Assembly (NCBI GenBank): GCA_024679065.1
Contig: JAGIQG010000004.1
Coordinates: 78,058,001-78,122,000, forward strand
DNA length: 64,000 bases
From: Sphyrna mokarran
Lineage: Eukaryota
Direction of reading: 5' to 3'
Position numbers and translations under genes: made by a program
The notes under the pieces: model-generated
Database searches by the model: none
Told to the model about the DNA's origin: nothing
The model's input: only the letters and a program-made list of their open reading frames with translations
Shown: one piece after another, positions 51,469-64,000 of the stretch
Numbering within the stretch: the stretch's first letter is position 1
Layout of the letters: the number at the start of each line of letters is the position of its first letter

Positions 51469-52053
51469 TGATGTGAAGTTGCTGGCGTCGGACTGAGGTA
51501 GGCACAGTAAGTAGTCTTACAACATCAGGTTAAAGTCCAAAAGGTTTATTTGTTAGCATGAGCTTTCAAAGCACTGCTCCTTTATCAGGTACACTTCAAC
51601 AGTCAACGGCATTTAGCCTTTGATCTTCGGGTAAGCGTTCTCCAAGGCAAACTTCACGACACATGGCAACGCAGAATTGCCGAGCAGAAACTGATAGCCA
51701 AGTTCCGCACACATGAGGACGGCCTCAATCGGGACTTCGGTTAATATTACACTATCTGTAACCCCAGGACTTGCCTGGGCTTGCAACATTTCACTAACTG
51801 TCCTGATTTGAGACAATTCACACGTCTATAATCTGTGGCTACGCCTCTCTCCACTCGCATTGTCTGCACCTGTAAAGACTTGACTATTTGTTAAGACTTG
51901 GATTCCAACCATTATCTTGTCTTGAGTTTGTGTCTATGTTTGCCCTGTTTGTGAAACAAATCCTGCATTCACCTGATGAAGGAATGGTGCTCTGAAAGCT
52001 CGTGTTACAAAATAAACCTGTTGGACTTTAACCTGGTGTCGTGAGAATATTTA
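51469..52053 (+). mobile_element. Penelope-like element: inverted partial pLTR (51469-51590), GIY-YIG endonuclease C-terminus (51592-51744) and direct pLTR with hammerhead
   Basis: My translation of 51592-51744 is HFNSQRHLAFDLRVSVLQGKLHDTWQRRIAEQKLIAKFRTHEDGLNRDFG*, with the HF..H / R...E..LI / GLN.D.G pattern of PLE endonucleases. 51500-51590 is the reverse complement of 51971-52050. There is an imperfect flanking duplication tggga(a)gaaat. Confidence 0.9.
51970..52004 (+). ncRNA. minimal hammerhead ribozyme motif in the Penelope pLTR, stem II weakened
   Basis: CAC-CUGAUGA(51973-51979)-A-GGA..UCU-GAAA(51994-51997)-GC-UC-GUG; predicted cleavage after 52001. Confidence 0.6.
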
Positions 52054-52249
52054 TGGGAAGAAATAGCAGGATCCTGTCCCTGATCAATATGCATAATCAC
52101 TCTGAGTGGACACAAATGGATGTTTGATGAAGGTGGAATCAGGTCTAATTCTATTGTCAACCTCCCACTTCAGGCCAGCATTCCAAATTTCCATCCATCA
52201 GCCTTTTGGATGAGAGATCTAATGTGATTCTTTGTGAAAGCAGGAGATA

Positions 52250-52620
52250 TCCAATTAATGTTAAATTAAGATAAATTTTTAAATAAGTCGACTGGACGGA
52301 ATAATATACAGCTCAAGCATACAGATTAGGAAGGTCTTAAATGCAATCTTCGCAAAGTGTTGTTAAGTAAAGTTATTGGATTATATTTCAGTTATCTTTT
52401 ATATTGCCTTAACCCGACTTCCAAGGAATCGATGAAGATGCCAACTTAATGTCTTCATCATTTAGATTCTACAGATTCGGTGTAAGATATACTTAACAAA
52501 CAAGTCAAACAACACATCACGAGACTATATCAGCTGAGTAAATACTTCCATATGGCTAGGAAAGGGTTAATAGGCCAGATGAACTTTTCTCCAAAGGCTT
52601 CATAACCTTTCGCAACTCTC
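52250..52620 (+). repeat. ancient conserved repeat, UCON5/UCON15-like (recalled similarity)
   Basis: tttttaaataagtcgactggacggaataatata...catacagattaggaagg...aagttattgg...cttcatcatttagattcta resembles my memory of these consensus sequences. CpGs are retained in an AT-rich context. Not database-verified. Confidence 0.45.
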
Positions 52621-52837
52621 ATTTTAACAGCGTGGAAGTATGCTGTCACTATATTGACGATAATCATACATTGTTTAATCAATTTTCAAATGTATTGAAC
52701 TCAATTTATGTAAAACTCATTGTCATTCATTTCTCTCCCAGTTGCAAAATAATTATACAGAATCAATGTCAACTATAATCAAATATATACTGTGGTTGTT
52801 AAAGCTTAGCCACAACTAAATTATTGATTTTTTTTAA

Positions 52838-53165
52838 GATTTGTATGGGACACGGAACAAAAAATGTTCTGGTCTTTTGCCTACTTATTCTTGCCTTCTT
52901 TCTGCATGACCAATTCTCCCTCCGTTGGGCTCACCCTCACAACCAGCTCATTTTGGAGGGTGGGATCGGAGTACAGGCGGACAAGAATAAGGAGAAGGGT
53001 ATGGTATGTTAGCTGCCAATACCCAAGGGGCACCATCACCCAACTTCCTTCCTACCCATTTGAAAACTTCTGAGCAATAACGGCCTACCTGCTCTTGCCC
53101 AACTTGCCCAAGCCACTCATATTGTGGTGTGCACAGCATTGTATCAAGGTCAGTCAGCTTGTTAG
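52838..53165. repeat. MER130-like ancient element with a 108-nt hairpin (52884-52991)
   Basis: The hairpin is closed by the perfect 10-bp pair cttattcttg/caagaataag, with inner ccctcc/ggaggg. The 3' block gagcaataacggcctacctgctcttgcccaacttgcccaagccactca...agcattgtatcaaggtcag matches my recall of the MER130 consensus. Not database-verified. Confidence 0.55.
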
Positions 53166-54414
53166 CAACATCAATTGACCACTAATTGTTTAAATGTGGA
53201 CTTCTGATTTCCTTGCCCCCCCCCCACCTATTATGTTATGGGGTGAACTCAGGTGGGTGGGTGGTAAGGTAGTGGGCAAGACACCTGCCTTTCTTGTATG
53301 CTTCCCCCTCCCCCACTTCCTCCTTTTGAAACACGCGTTTTGGGTTCACACAAAAAAAAATCGAGCCCACGGATTTGTTAGGTCAAGTGACCAAAAGTTT
53401 GGTCAAAGCAATCATGTGTCTTAAAGGAGGAAATGAGTTGGAAATGGGGATAGGTCTGGGAAGAATATTGCAGAGTTTACAGGCTAGACAGCTGAAGGCA
53501 TGGCCACCCATAGTGGAGTGATTACAATTGGAGATGCTCAGGATACCAGAATTTGAGAAGTGCAGATATCTCAGAGAGTCTGGGGATTACAGAGAACATG
53601 GAGGGATTGGAAAACACAAATATGAATATTAAAATTGACTGGGAGTCAAAGCAAGTCAACGAAGTCAGTGTTGAACTGGGAATAGCACTTAGTGTGAGTC
53701 CCACATGAATACATGGAAATTTAAGGAGAGGCCTGAAATAGCCTGCAGGCTCGCCTGAAGGAGACACTTCATAGGATTTAATAAATCGATGAATGGAGTG
53801 ACAAGACAAAAGTAGCTGGAAAGAAAGAAAAACTTACAACTGTATGTAATACCAGAAATGTTACTCTGAAATTAATTGTTGTTAAATTACAAAGTGAAGC
53901 AACCATTTGTATGCAGTATGATTCCATATATAGTTAGCAATGGTATCAAGGCCAATTAATTTGTTTATGGTTGGGTTATTGAGGAGGAATAACAAGAAAG
54001 CTCTACGACCTTTCGTTTGATGGATTCTTTAACCTCCATCTGAACCATGACAGAAGATAATTGTAGCCTTGATTTGCCACTTTTTCACTTTTGAAAATAC
54101 AGCATTATGGCATTGAAATGAAACTTAAGAATTGGCTAAATTAGTCAAGTCCTGACCTGGACTTTGAACCCATCATTTTCAGAGTGCCCAGAAACAAGAT
54201 ATTATTAAAGCTTCTTTTAGCATCCCCTACATTGTGGAGCAACTCAACTGCTTTCATATGAACATCATCACTGATGCAAAATTTTTTGATTTTTATCTCT
54301 TGTTATTAAACAACTATGCTCAGGATCTCTTAACAGCACACTTGTCAGTGCTCCATCAGTCACAGGAAACTATTAGCATCATCTCAACTATCATAAGCTG
54401 ACTTATATTTCTCA

Positions 54415-54742
54415 GTTTCACAGTGGTTAGCACTGCTGCTTCACAGACAGCAGCATAGACACCAGGGACCCAGATTTGATTTCCAGCTTGGCTCTCTGTG
54501 TAAAGTTTGCACATTCTCTCCGTGTCTGCGTAGGTTCCCTCCAGATGCTCCAGTTTTTTCCCACAGTCCAAAAGACATGCTGAATTTTAGCAAATAGCAT
54601 TTTAGAATTTAGCATTGACCATACTAACTTCTCCCTCAGTGTCCCCAATTGGCATGGGGTGTGGCGACTACAGGATTTTCACAGTAACTTAATTGCATTG
54701 TTAATGTAAGCCTACTTATGACACTAATAAATAAACTTTAAA
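54415..54742 (+). mobile_element. V-SINE, tail B
   Basis: Head, V-domain, and tail gtaagcctacttatgacactaataaataaacttt. Confidence 0.85.
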
Positions 54743-54939
54743 ATGAAGTGCATTGTTACTTGGAACCTACACTAATTATTTTTTTAAATGGAAAATTCTG
54801 AAAAATTACAAGACGTGCCCTTAGTTGGAATAGAAAAACAACCACTTAAATTATGTTAATTCCAAATGGGATCTGACCAGAGCCCTTATACAAAGTCTCA
54901 GAAGTACATCCCTACTCTTCAATTCTAGCCATCTCGACA

Positions 54940-56215
54940 TGAAGTAGGAACAATTTCTCCCTATCTAATTTGTCCAGGCCCTCATGATTTTGAATACCTC
55001 AATTAAATCTCCTCTTAGCCTTCTTTTTCCAAGGAAATAAGTCCCAACTTCTCCAATATAATTTCAGAACTGACATTCCTCATCCCCAGAACCATTCTCA
55101 TGAATCTTTTCTGCACTTTCTCCAATGACTTCACATCTTGCCTGAAGGGTAGAGCCCAGAACCAAGCACAGTACTTCAGCAGATGCTAACCTCTGTTTTA
55201 TATAAATTCAACATAATTCCTTGCTCCCCTAAGCTCCCATTAACAAAGCCTAGGACGTTGAATGCTTTATTAACCATTCCGTCAATCTATCCTGCCACCT
55301 TCATTGACTTACACACAAAAATACCAAGGTCCTTCTGGTCTTGCACCCCCTTCAGTGAATTCTCTTGTAAGTTATATTTCCTCTTCATGTTCTTCCTACC
55401 AAAATTAATAACTTCTCATTTTTCCACATTGAACTTCATTTGCCACTTGTCTGCCCATTCCATCAACTTGAAGTTCTACACTGTTCTCCGCACAGCTCAC
55501 AATTTTGACATTGTGCCCTGTGCACCAAGGGCTAAGCCATTAATATATATCAGGAAGAGCAAAAATCCCAACCCTGAACCCTGGAGAACTCCAGACCTTA
55601 CTCCAGCATGATAAAGATCCATTAGCCAGTGCTCTGTTTCCAGTCACTCAACCAATTCTCCATCGATGTTGCTGCTGTCCATTTTATTTCATGAGCTATA
55701 ACTTTGTTCACAGGTTTGTTGTGCAGCATTTCACTGTCACTGGATCAAACCTTGGAATTCTCTCCCCAACAGCACTGTGGATGTACATACTCCACCTGGC
55801 CTACAGTGGTTCAAGAAGACAGCTCATCTCAAGAGCAATTAAGAACAGGCAACAAATGCTAACCTAGCCAGGGATGCCCACATCCCATGAAAGAATTAAT
55901 AAAAAACTGTATTCAATGCTTTTTGTAGTCTGTATGTCATATTAACGGCATTGCTTTCAACCCTTGCTAATGCTTCTTCATAAAACTTGAACATGTCAGT
56001 AAAATACAATTTTCCCTTAACAAATCTGTGCTGACCTTCCTTAATTAACCTGAATTTGTCAATGTGACTATTAATTTTATCCAAAATTATTGTTTCTAGA
56101 AGTTTCTTCACCACCAAAGTTAAAGTGGCTGGCTGGTAACTCCTGGGTTTATCTTTGTATGCTTTTTTGGGCAAAGGCATAAAACTTGCAATTCTCCAAT
56201 CTTCTGGCACAACTG
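54940..56215 (-). mobile_element. degenerate CR1 with a nested CR1/L2-clade tail (55730-55905, plus)
   Basis: Minus-strand peptide VVPEDWRIASFMPL...IKEGQHRFVKGK. Confidence 0.78.
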
Positions 56216-56565
56216 GTAACATAGTGTGTCCATACTTCTCTTTTCCTATTCATGTTCTCCATTCACACCATCAATTCCTGTTGCAGTGTGATCTTGATTC
56301 TAACTCAAATCACAGAAGCAGAACTCAAATCACACATCAAAATTAACCTTTCATCTACCAGGAACGTATACAAAATGCGCATAAAAAGAACTCTTGATAC
56401 AAAAAAAGGTACAAGTTTCATACACTTTTACAACTGCTGGATTCTTGCTCCCTATCAATTGTGTGAAGATCCTGAAAACTGATGCAACAGTAATCTAAAA
56501 GAACAGAAGTGTCTAAGATCAGTTAAACTCTGCTCTAAACTTATCTTTAAAAGAAAAACATTTGA

Positions 56566-56939
<374 letters not shown>

Positions 56940-57366
56940 TTTCCAGTTTTTTTTCTTTTAATTGTCAAGACTGTAAGGTAACTTAAATTTTACATTGTTT
57001 AAAAGCCTGGATTAAGTCAGGCTGGTAATGTAGAGTTAAACTATTTAATGCATCCATTTTACTATTTCCTTTAACGTGTTGTCTTTTTTAACTGTTCGTC
57101 GCCGTTTTAATTTTATAGTTCTACACCTTCTCAATTTATCTGGTAAAGTTAATGCTGTCACGTGTGAAGAATGTGTGATTGCATGATGTGTTAATTTTTT
57201 TTTCTTAAAGGCAAATCCCCATCCCGCACACTTCAGTTTTGAACAATGTGATCCTTCATGCCACCTTCCAATATTAACACTTTATTTGCCGTGCAAGCGT
57301 TTCTCCATTCCGTGAAAATAGCCAATTTGTCCTATTGTGCTCCTTTCACGTACACTTATTACAATT

Positions 57367-57552
57367 NNNNNNNNNNNNNNNNNNNNNNNNNNNNNNNNNN
57401 NNNNNNNNNNNNNNNNNNNNNNNNNNNNNNNNNNNNNNNNNNNNNNNNNNNNNNNNNNNNNNNNNNNNNNNNNNNNNNNNNNNNNNNNNNNNNNNNNNNN
57501 NNNNNNNNNNNNNNNNNNNNNNNNNNNNNNNNNNNNNNNNNNNNNNNNNNNN
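57367..57552. other. 186-nt run of N (assembly gap or masked bases), probably spanning the 115-nt flop exon
   Basis: The Ns are seen directly. The gap is about 490 nt after the R/G donor, in repeat-free intron sequence, and no flip or flop coding sequence is readable in 56880-64000. Confidence 0.65.
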
Positions 57553-59320
57553 TACAGAGTAATCGGCAAGGCTGTTATTGTATTTGCAAAAGAACATGAA
57601 GTCATTCATTTGTACGCAATGTTATATTTGAGTCGTGATGTTGGTATAGCAGGGATCTTTACCAGACTGACAACTGTAGTGAGTGTTGCAATGCTCAGAA
57701 TGATTAGGGGAAGCACCTTTGTGATGATATCATGTAATTTAAACAAAGATTTTATTTAAAACAAAATAAATGATAGTTCAAGTTTTTTCTTAAACCAGAT
57801 AACCTTCAGAAACAATTGACACTTGGAAAACTGACCTAACTGTTACCAGCCAGCCACAATTCTCCTCAAGGAAACCAAAGGCAAATTTAGAAATAATAGA
57901 GAAGTGGCAAGTCAGTCAGCATTTAAACGCCAACAGATGAGCTTGATGGGTGCTTTGTGCAGAATCCACATTATTGACTGCACAGAGCAATACAGTATCC
58001 TGTCTGAGTCCCGCAGAGGAGATACTTCCTTTCGGATTCTAAAAATTCAATTAATTGGATTTTTTTTAAGTTCTTACTCATCAACTTTCAAAGCTATTCT
58101 TATTCAGACAAATTAATTTTCATGTAACTACTATCATTATCCTTGCTTCACTGTCACTGAGAAAAAGGCTTAGCTTGCAGGTCTGAAAGATTACAGTAAG
58201 AAGCGGTGCCTTGTCCAAGTGAAAGGCGTGGATTGCATGTGGAAGGTGGGAAACAGAAAGTCATGCTGTTACAATTTGTCAGGAAGGGAAAGGTGCAGAA
58301 TTAGCATTCTGCTGCCATTGTGAGCACTGAACAAATAGACCACCAGCCTATTCTGCGATTAAATAGTTCAACGAAGGACTGTGGAACCACATACCAACTT
58401 TGTCATCATCTGAAAAAAAAGCATGTCAGAGATTTCAGAAATCACCAGAACACGTTCTCACCTAACAAAGACACCTGTTAGAAACATCAATCCCAATCCA
58501 CAAAAGGATGGGGAAGTTTTTTTAACCCCATGAAACTGATGGATTTGAGTCAGGTGGGAGGGAAGCATAAAAAACCCAAATACCAACTCCAACCTGCCTC
58601 AAGCACATCCATCTCTGCTTTTCAAAGAGATGGGGATGGGGACAGGCAGCCAAATCCCCTGTCAGGAAGTGGGTTGGCAATTTAAAAATGCAGTGAGGTT
58701 GCCATGCCTCAGATTTATTCAGCATTTCAAACTTAACTCTAGCCACCCAGATTTCCTATGTCTCAGGAAATGTAGCAGGCAAAGGAACTGAAGGACTGAC
58801 TTTTGGAGGTAGGAGGTCTGCTTACCTGCTGGATTCAGCAACAATTGAACAGCCATACCCTGTAATCGGACAAGCCTCCCGATCCCTTCCAATTTGCCAC
58901 AAATATCCTCCCCTAAGCTTCTGATCTCTTTCCCTCACCCATTCTGTTCCCGCACCAAGCTGGTGTCCTTTCCATCAGCTTCCCCATTAACCCTAGCCCC
59001 ATTCCCTCAGCCCCATTTATCAATCTCTCGACTTGCAGTCATTGACACCACCACCTGCCCGGGATTAGACATCTGCTAGGATTGAGAACTCACCCTCAGC
59101 CAGAGGCTTGGCCTTTGACTGACCTCAGGGCAAGGACATTGCTGTGGTGTCACAAGCAATCTGTGCAGTTAAATCTTCACTGTGGGAAACGCTGAACTCC
59201 AGGTTTCCTGTGCACTGCTGCTGGTGTATCAGGAAGTTACAGTTCTCCCGTGTGCACTTCTATCAATATTAGCCTTTATTTCATGTTTTGACCATTTAGT
59301 CTTGCGTTTGACCTTCACAT

Positions 59321-59567
59321 GGGCAGTACACTGACGCAATGTTTAGCGCTGCTGCTTTGGGTCACTGTCTGTGTGGTGTCTGTACATTCTTCCCATGTCT
59401 GAATGTTTACTCCGGGTGCTCTGATTTCTGGTTAGGTGAATTGGCTATGCTAAATTCTCCCTCAGTGTACTGAACAGGCGCCAGAATGTGGCAACTAGGG
59501 GATTTTCATCATAACTTCATTGCAGTGTTAATGTAAACCTACTTGTGACACTAATAAATAAACTTTA
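59321..59567 (+). mobile_element. internally deleted V-SINE, tail B
   Basis: Partial V-domain and tail cctacttgtgacactaataaataaacttt. Confidence 0.8.
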
Positions 59568-61276
59568 ATCAAAAATTACTGCATGAAGAGAAGAAATTTT
59601 TGGTGAATTTCATTGTCAATTGCAGGAAGTACTGTGTAATTTATATTTCAATGTAGCTGTATTCACTCTTACTTTTGGGAAGTTATTTGTTTAGTTCAAT
59701 GATTTAGAATAGAGTTTCTCCATCGAGGGATCGGAAGGTCCTTTGGGAAGGAACAGCCAGACAATTTTATTTGGATTCAGCCAGTAATCAATTGCTGATT
59801 TCACCACTTGCATAAGAAGGCTCACACCATCAAAGATGACATTAGTTCCTTAACCCAAACTTTGATTTGGTGCCCAGTATCAGTTTCATATCATGTAAAA
59901 CAAAAATAATTAATGTACACTAATTTTCATACAGTGAAGTTACTTCTTTTGGAGTCCATAGAGCATTTAAAACCAGGAAGCATTGGGGATAGCTATGGGC
60001 GCTGAAAAGCAAAACATCTGAGAATCCTTGATATAGATGTTATTAATGCTCTCAGTTCTTTAATGCATTAACATGTAAAATTCTTGTCCAAAATAGTTTC
60101 ATTTCTTTTTATTAATGTAATCCACTTTCTTGGTAAGGATCAAATGCCATTAATGCCAAACTTGTAACATGACAGTAATTTAGGGATATTGTTGCATTCG
60201 TTATCTGTGCTATCCAATACCATCCCTCTGAGGTATTGCAGGAGAAACCTCTTTACACAGAATGCAAATACAATATGAAACTTGTTCCTACAAATAGCTG
60301 AGGTGAATAGTATAGGGAAAGTTAGGTGGTACATGAGAGAGAAGTGAGAAAAAGATTATATTGATTGAGTTAAATAAAGAGATTATACGTGTGGATCAAA
60401 TAGCCTGTTTTCTATGATGTACATTTCACATAATTCTGTGTAGTTATATATATTGTGAGTTCCACACTAAAGTGCTAAAGGAAATGTCCTTCAACAATTA
60501 TCTGATACAACAGGTATAAATAAAACGCTGATTGTTGACTAGGCAGGGTAACAGTTGGTCTAGTTGATTAATGCAAAGAAGTCAATCTGAGTGGAGCGAA
60601 TAAATATCAACAGGTGGCTCAAGAATTTGTCTTTCTACACACCATTTGTATTTTCAAGAAAGGATAGACATGACTCATAAAAGTTCCATCTGTATCTAAG
60701 GCAATAATTAATCTCAAAGGATTTGGGTTTAAGTACACAGTCCACAGTTCTATTTCCATTATGGATGTTTGAGCCACAAGAGACCAGGGATAGAAGAGTA
60801 GCAAACTCTCACTGAAGAAAACAAAGTATCTGCCTACCTTGTAGGATCATTGTTAGAGTAATTCTCCCGTATAATTACACAGTATTAGGTAAAATGTGGA
60901 TTGTAGAAAACAAGCTATTTGACCTAACCCATGCTCAAAGCCCGTTATCACTCCTCTTCATCTAGCCCAATAAATATAATCTCTCTTCCCTTCTCCCTCA
61001 TGTGTTATTAACTTCCTTTATACTACTCACCTCAACTATTTATAAAATCGATGCCCAGATTGTACATCCACTCTGTGCAAAGAGGCTTCTCCTGAAATAC
61101 CTGCAAGATTTATTGGTGACTTTCTGATATCTTTGACCTCTGATTTTTGGGTCTCTCTCTATCCAATCAAATTCTTTCTTGATCTTAAAGACCTCTATCA
61201 GGACATCATACAGCCTTTCATTTTTAGAGAAAAGAGCTTCATATTTATCATAATATAAATATAAATGAGTTCTTCA

Positions 61277-61489
61277 TGTTACAATGACGGTGGCTCATTG
61301 ATGAGATTCTGAGGTGTATATGTTTAAACAGAAACGCCTTTATTGACAGGCTTTAACTATTTATAGTTCGGATTATAGTATTGTATAGGCTGTTCTCTGA
61401 CCAATAGATTACATACATCACATGGTGGACGTATCATTCTCCTGTGCCATGTTAACCCTTGCTGGGCTGAGCATCTTTACCTTATAACA
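61277..61489 (-). mobile_element. possible solo LTR inserted in a CR1 remnant
   Basis: TGTTA...TAACA termini, a minus-strand AATAAA, 213 bp. No TSD found. Confidence 0.4.
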
Positions 61490-61759
61490 CATGCAGCCAC
61501 ATATCATCACAATATTCTTCAAACTATCTGTAGGTATGGGTCTGTCAGTTCCAGTGTCATCCTTATCACTCGTTTTTATATCTTCCTCAGTACTTTTACA
61601 TTCTTTTCATAAAATAGAGACCAGATTGAGCGCAGTGTCCTAAGTATAGCCCAGCCAAAGTTTGATTCAACTTCAGCATAATTTCTCTGCTTTTCAATTC
61701 TGTCCCTCTAATGTGGCCTCATTGGAAAAACTGAAAATTTTTGTCTTCAGTGCAGTCAA

Positions 61760-62216
61760 GGGCCGGGATTCTTCCAACCCACTGTGCTGCTTAAGTAGCA
61801 CAGCGGGCCAGGAGACTGCAGCAGGGGACTTTTTCTCTCAGGCCCTTTTTTTTCCTGATGTAATCAGTTCTGTGCCAGAAATCAGCATGGGACTGATTAT
61901 CATATGGATGGTAGCCTCCAGGCCCACTCGTGCCTCTCCCCGCACAGGGAAAGGTCCCCATCAGCGGGGTTTACAGCTGCTCCCCACCGAGGAACAGGCA
62001 TGCTGACTGCGCTGGTGGGGACAAAGGACATTGAGAACCATCTGCACCTCTCCTCCTCCGCCCCCCCCCCCCCCCCCACCCCCAGGAGGTTGGGGGGGGT
62101 GGTGGTCAGTGGAAGTGAGAGATTCATTCAGCTAAGTACGTTCAAGAAAAGGACGGGAAAATCTCCCGTTTCCCCACTTATTGCGTATTTAGTGTTTTTT
62201 GGGAGCATTCTGGCCA
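61760..62216. mobile_element. GC-rich MITE-like element (Harbinger-like ends)
   Basis: gggccgggattctt...cattctggcc ends; interrupts a minus-strand CR1 remnant. Confidence 0.45.
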
Positions 62217-62249
62217 AGGTTCTTCCTGTGAATTCCTAGACACTGGACA

Positions 62250-63540
62250 CTGAACATCGAAACATAGGAATCAGAATTGGCCATTCAGTTCTTCCAGCCT
62301 ATTCCATCATTCAGTTAGATTGTGACAGATCTGTAGCTCAAACTCATTTTCCCACCGTTTTTCCCCTACCCATTTCAAAATCTACTGATGCCAATCCTGA
62401 AAGTTTTCATTGATCTAGCATCCACGGATTTTTTAACAAAGGTTCCAGATTTCCTCTTTTTTATGTGGATCTTTGAAAAAACTGTTCAGTCCCCTACTTC
62501 TTTCATAGTCCTTCAAGTTATCCAGTTTCTTTTTGAAAATTATTATTCATTCTGCTTTCACTTCTCTTTCAAGTGGTGCACCTCAATTTGTGGGAGGGAA
62601 CTGAAGGAAACCCATGCAGACACAGGGAGAATGTGCAGACTCTGCACAGACAGAGAATCAAACCATGCCCCTGGTGTCATTAAGCAATGACAGTGCTAAC
62701 CATTGTAACACTGTGCTGCCCCATTTGGTTCATTTTATAAGGTTGTGTCCAGTTGTCCTAATTTTCACCATCAATAGGAAAAATTCTGTTTGAAATCTTT
62801 CCAACATCCTAAAAAAATCAATAACTATCTCTTAATTTTCTATATTTTAGGGAATAAAACAAACATAGTTCATGTAAACTGACTTCATAATTTCACACAT
62901 TGTTCAGGTGTATCTGTATTGTAACCCTTCCAAGGCCAATGCCCAAAAGTGGTCTAACCCCAGGGTTGTATTACAGAAACAAATCTTTCCCTTTACATTC
63001 TAGTTCTCTCATCAAACATTCCATAAGTCTTTTCATGAAGTGTGTACTGTATATATGGACCACCAAATCTTCTAACCTCTATTCTTCATCTATTTTTAAC
63101 CATTTAAAGAAAATAACCAAGAACTATCTCTCAGACACAAAATAGATAACTTCAAACCTACCTGGATTGACATCCATCTGCCTGCCTTGTCAGCCCTGTT
63201 GCCTAACAATCTTTATTAATGCAATCAAGATGCTCCATGATTTTGAACCCTCCTGTTAATGCCCACCTTAATGTTCTCTGCTCCAAGAAGAACACCAGTT
63301 TTGCCACATGGACACAATCTCACACCTCAATATCATTCCTGCAAATTTCCTTTACTCCCTCTCCAAGACACTTCCAGAAGTGTGGTGCACAGAATTGAAG
63401 ACAATATGGCAGCTGAGGTTTAAAACCAGTGATTTGTAGCACTACTTTCTTTGTTTTGATATCCAAAGTTCCTGTTCATAAAGCCAAGGATAGTGTCTTT
63501 TTTGTTTAACTTCTCTACTTTCAAGAATTTGTGTACATAG
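62250..63540 (-). mobile_element. cluster of decayed CR1 fragments with a V-SINE head fragment (62585-62722, minus)
   Basis: CR1 tail aacataggaatcagaattggccattcag; V-SINE ggaaacccatgcagacacagggagaatgtgcagactc. Confidence 0.65.
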
Positions 63541-64000
63541 TCCACTCGTTATTTTTGTACTAGACTGCACCCCTTTTTCTTAATTGTACTATCCAGGCAC
63601 TTCCGAGGGTCACCAGCAGATTGCTGCTGAGCTCCTACTTATCCTCGCTGTAATAGCTCTGCATTTCTGGCTGGGTCTTCCAAATCCGGCTTCTTCAGAA
63701 ATGCGTAGTACTTTTCCATTGAACTGCTTCCTCATAGCATTGGATCATCATGTGGAAGACAAGTCAAGGTCCCTGTTTATGGCACTAGCTGCCATCTTCT
63801 GGTAAGTGTTCATTAATGTACTGAAAATACTGAAATATATATGATCTTAAAGGCCAAGACAGGGTGGACTCGGAGAGGATGTATCCTCCTATGGAAGAAT
63901 CTAGAGCTAGACATCACTGTTTAAAACTAAGAAGTCGCCCATTTAAAATGGAGATGACAGCCATGAGTATTTGCAACTTTCTCTCTGAAAATATGGTAGA

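Noticed and set aside
57258-57759. ORFs spanning the N-run
   Set aside because: Artefacts of undefined bases, which contain no stop codons.

Overview
This is eukaryotic, repeat-rich vertebrate DNA. The V-SINE, CR1, Penelope and Rex1 repeat content points to a cartilaginous fish (shark-like). The window is the interior of an AMPA-type glutamate receptor gene on the + strand, best matching GRIA3. It holds a 199-nt exon encoding M3/SYTANLAAF (3548-3746), a 52.9-kb intron, and a 248-nt exon encoding part of the S2 ligand-binding domain (56632-56879). That exon is followed directly by an intact R/G A-to-I editing hairpin. A 186-nt run of N (57367-57552) sits where the flop exon is expected, and neither flip nor flop is readable elsewhere in the window. 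The big intron is about half transposon debris: CR1 and CR1/L2-clade LINEs, three SINE types, Rex1/Babar tails, Harbinger-like MITEs, Penelope-like fragments and a 27-bp G-rich minisatellite. The most notable candidates are an 11-nt stop-containing microexon (7368-7378), sense-strand minimal hammerhead ribozymes from Penelope elements, two Penelope insertions at the same target site, a MER130-like plus UCON-like ancient repeat cluster (52.2-53.2 kb), and a young CR1 carrying a V-SINE in its 3' UTR. Repeat family names and paralog comparisons come from my recall of consensus sequences, not from a database search. Repeat boundaries are approximate unless a target-site duplication (TSD) is given.
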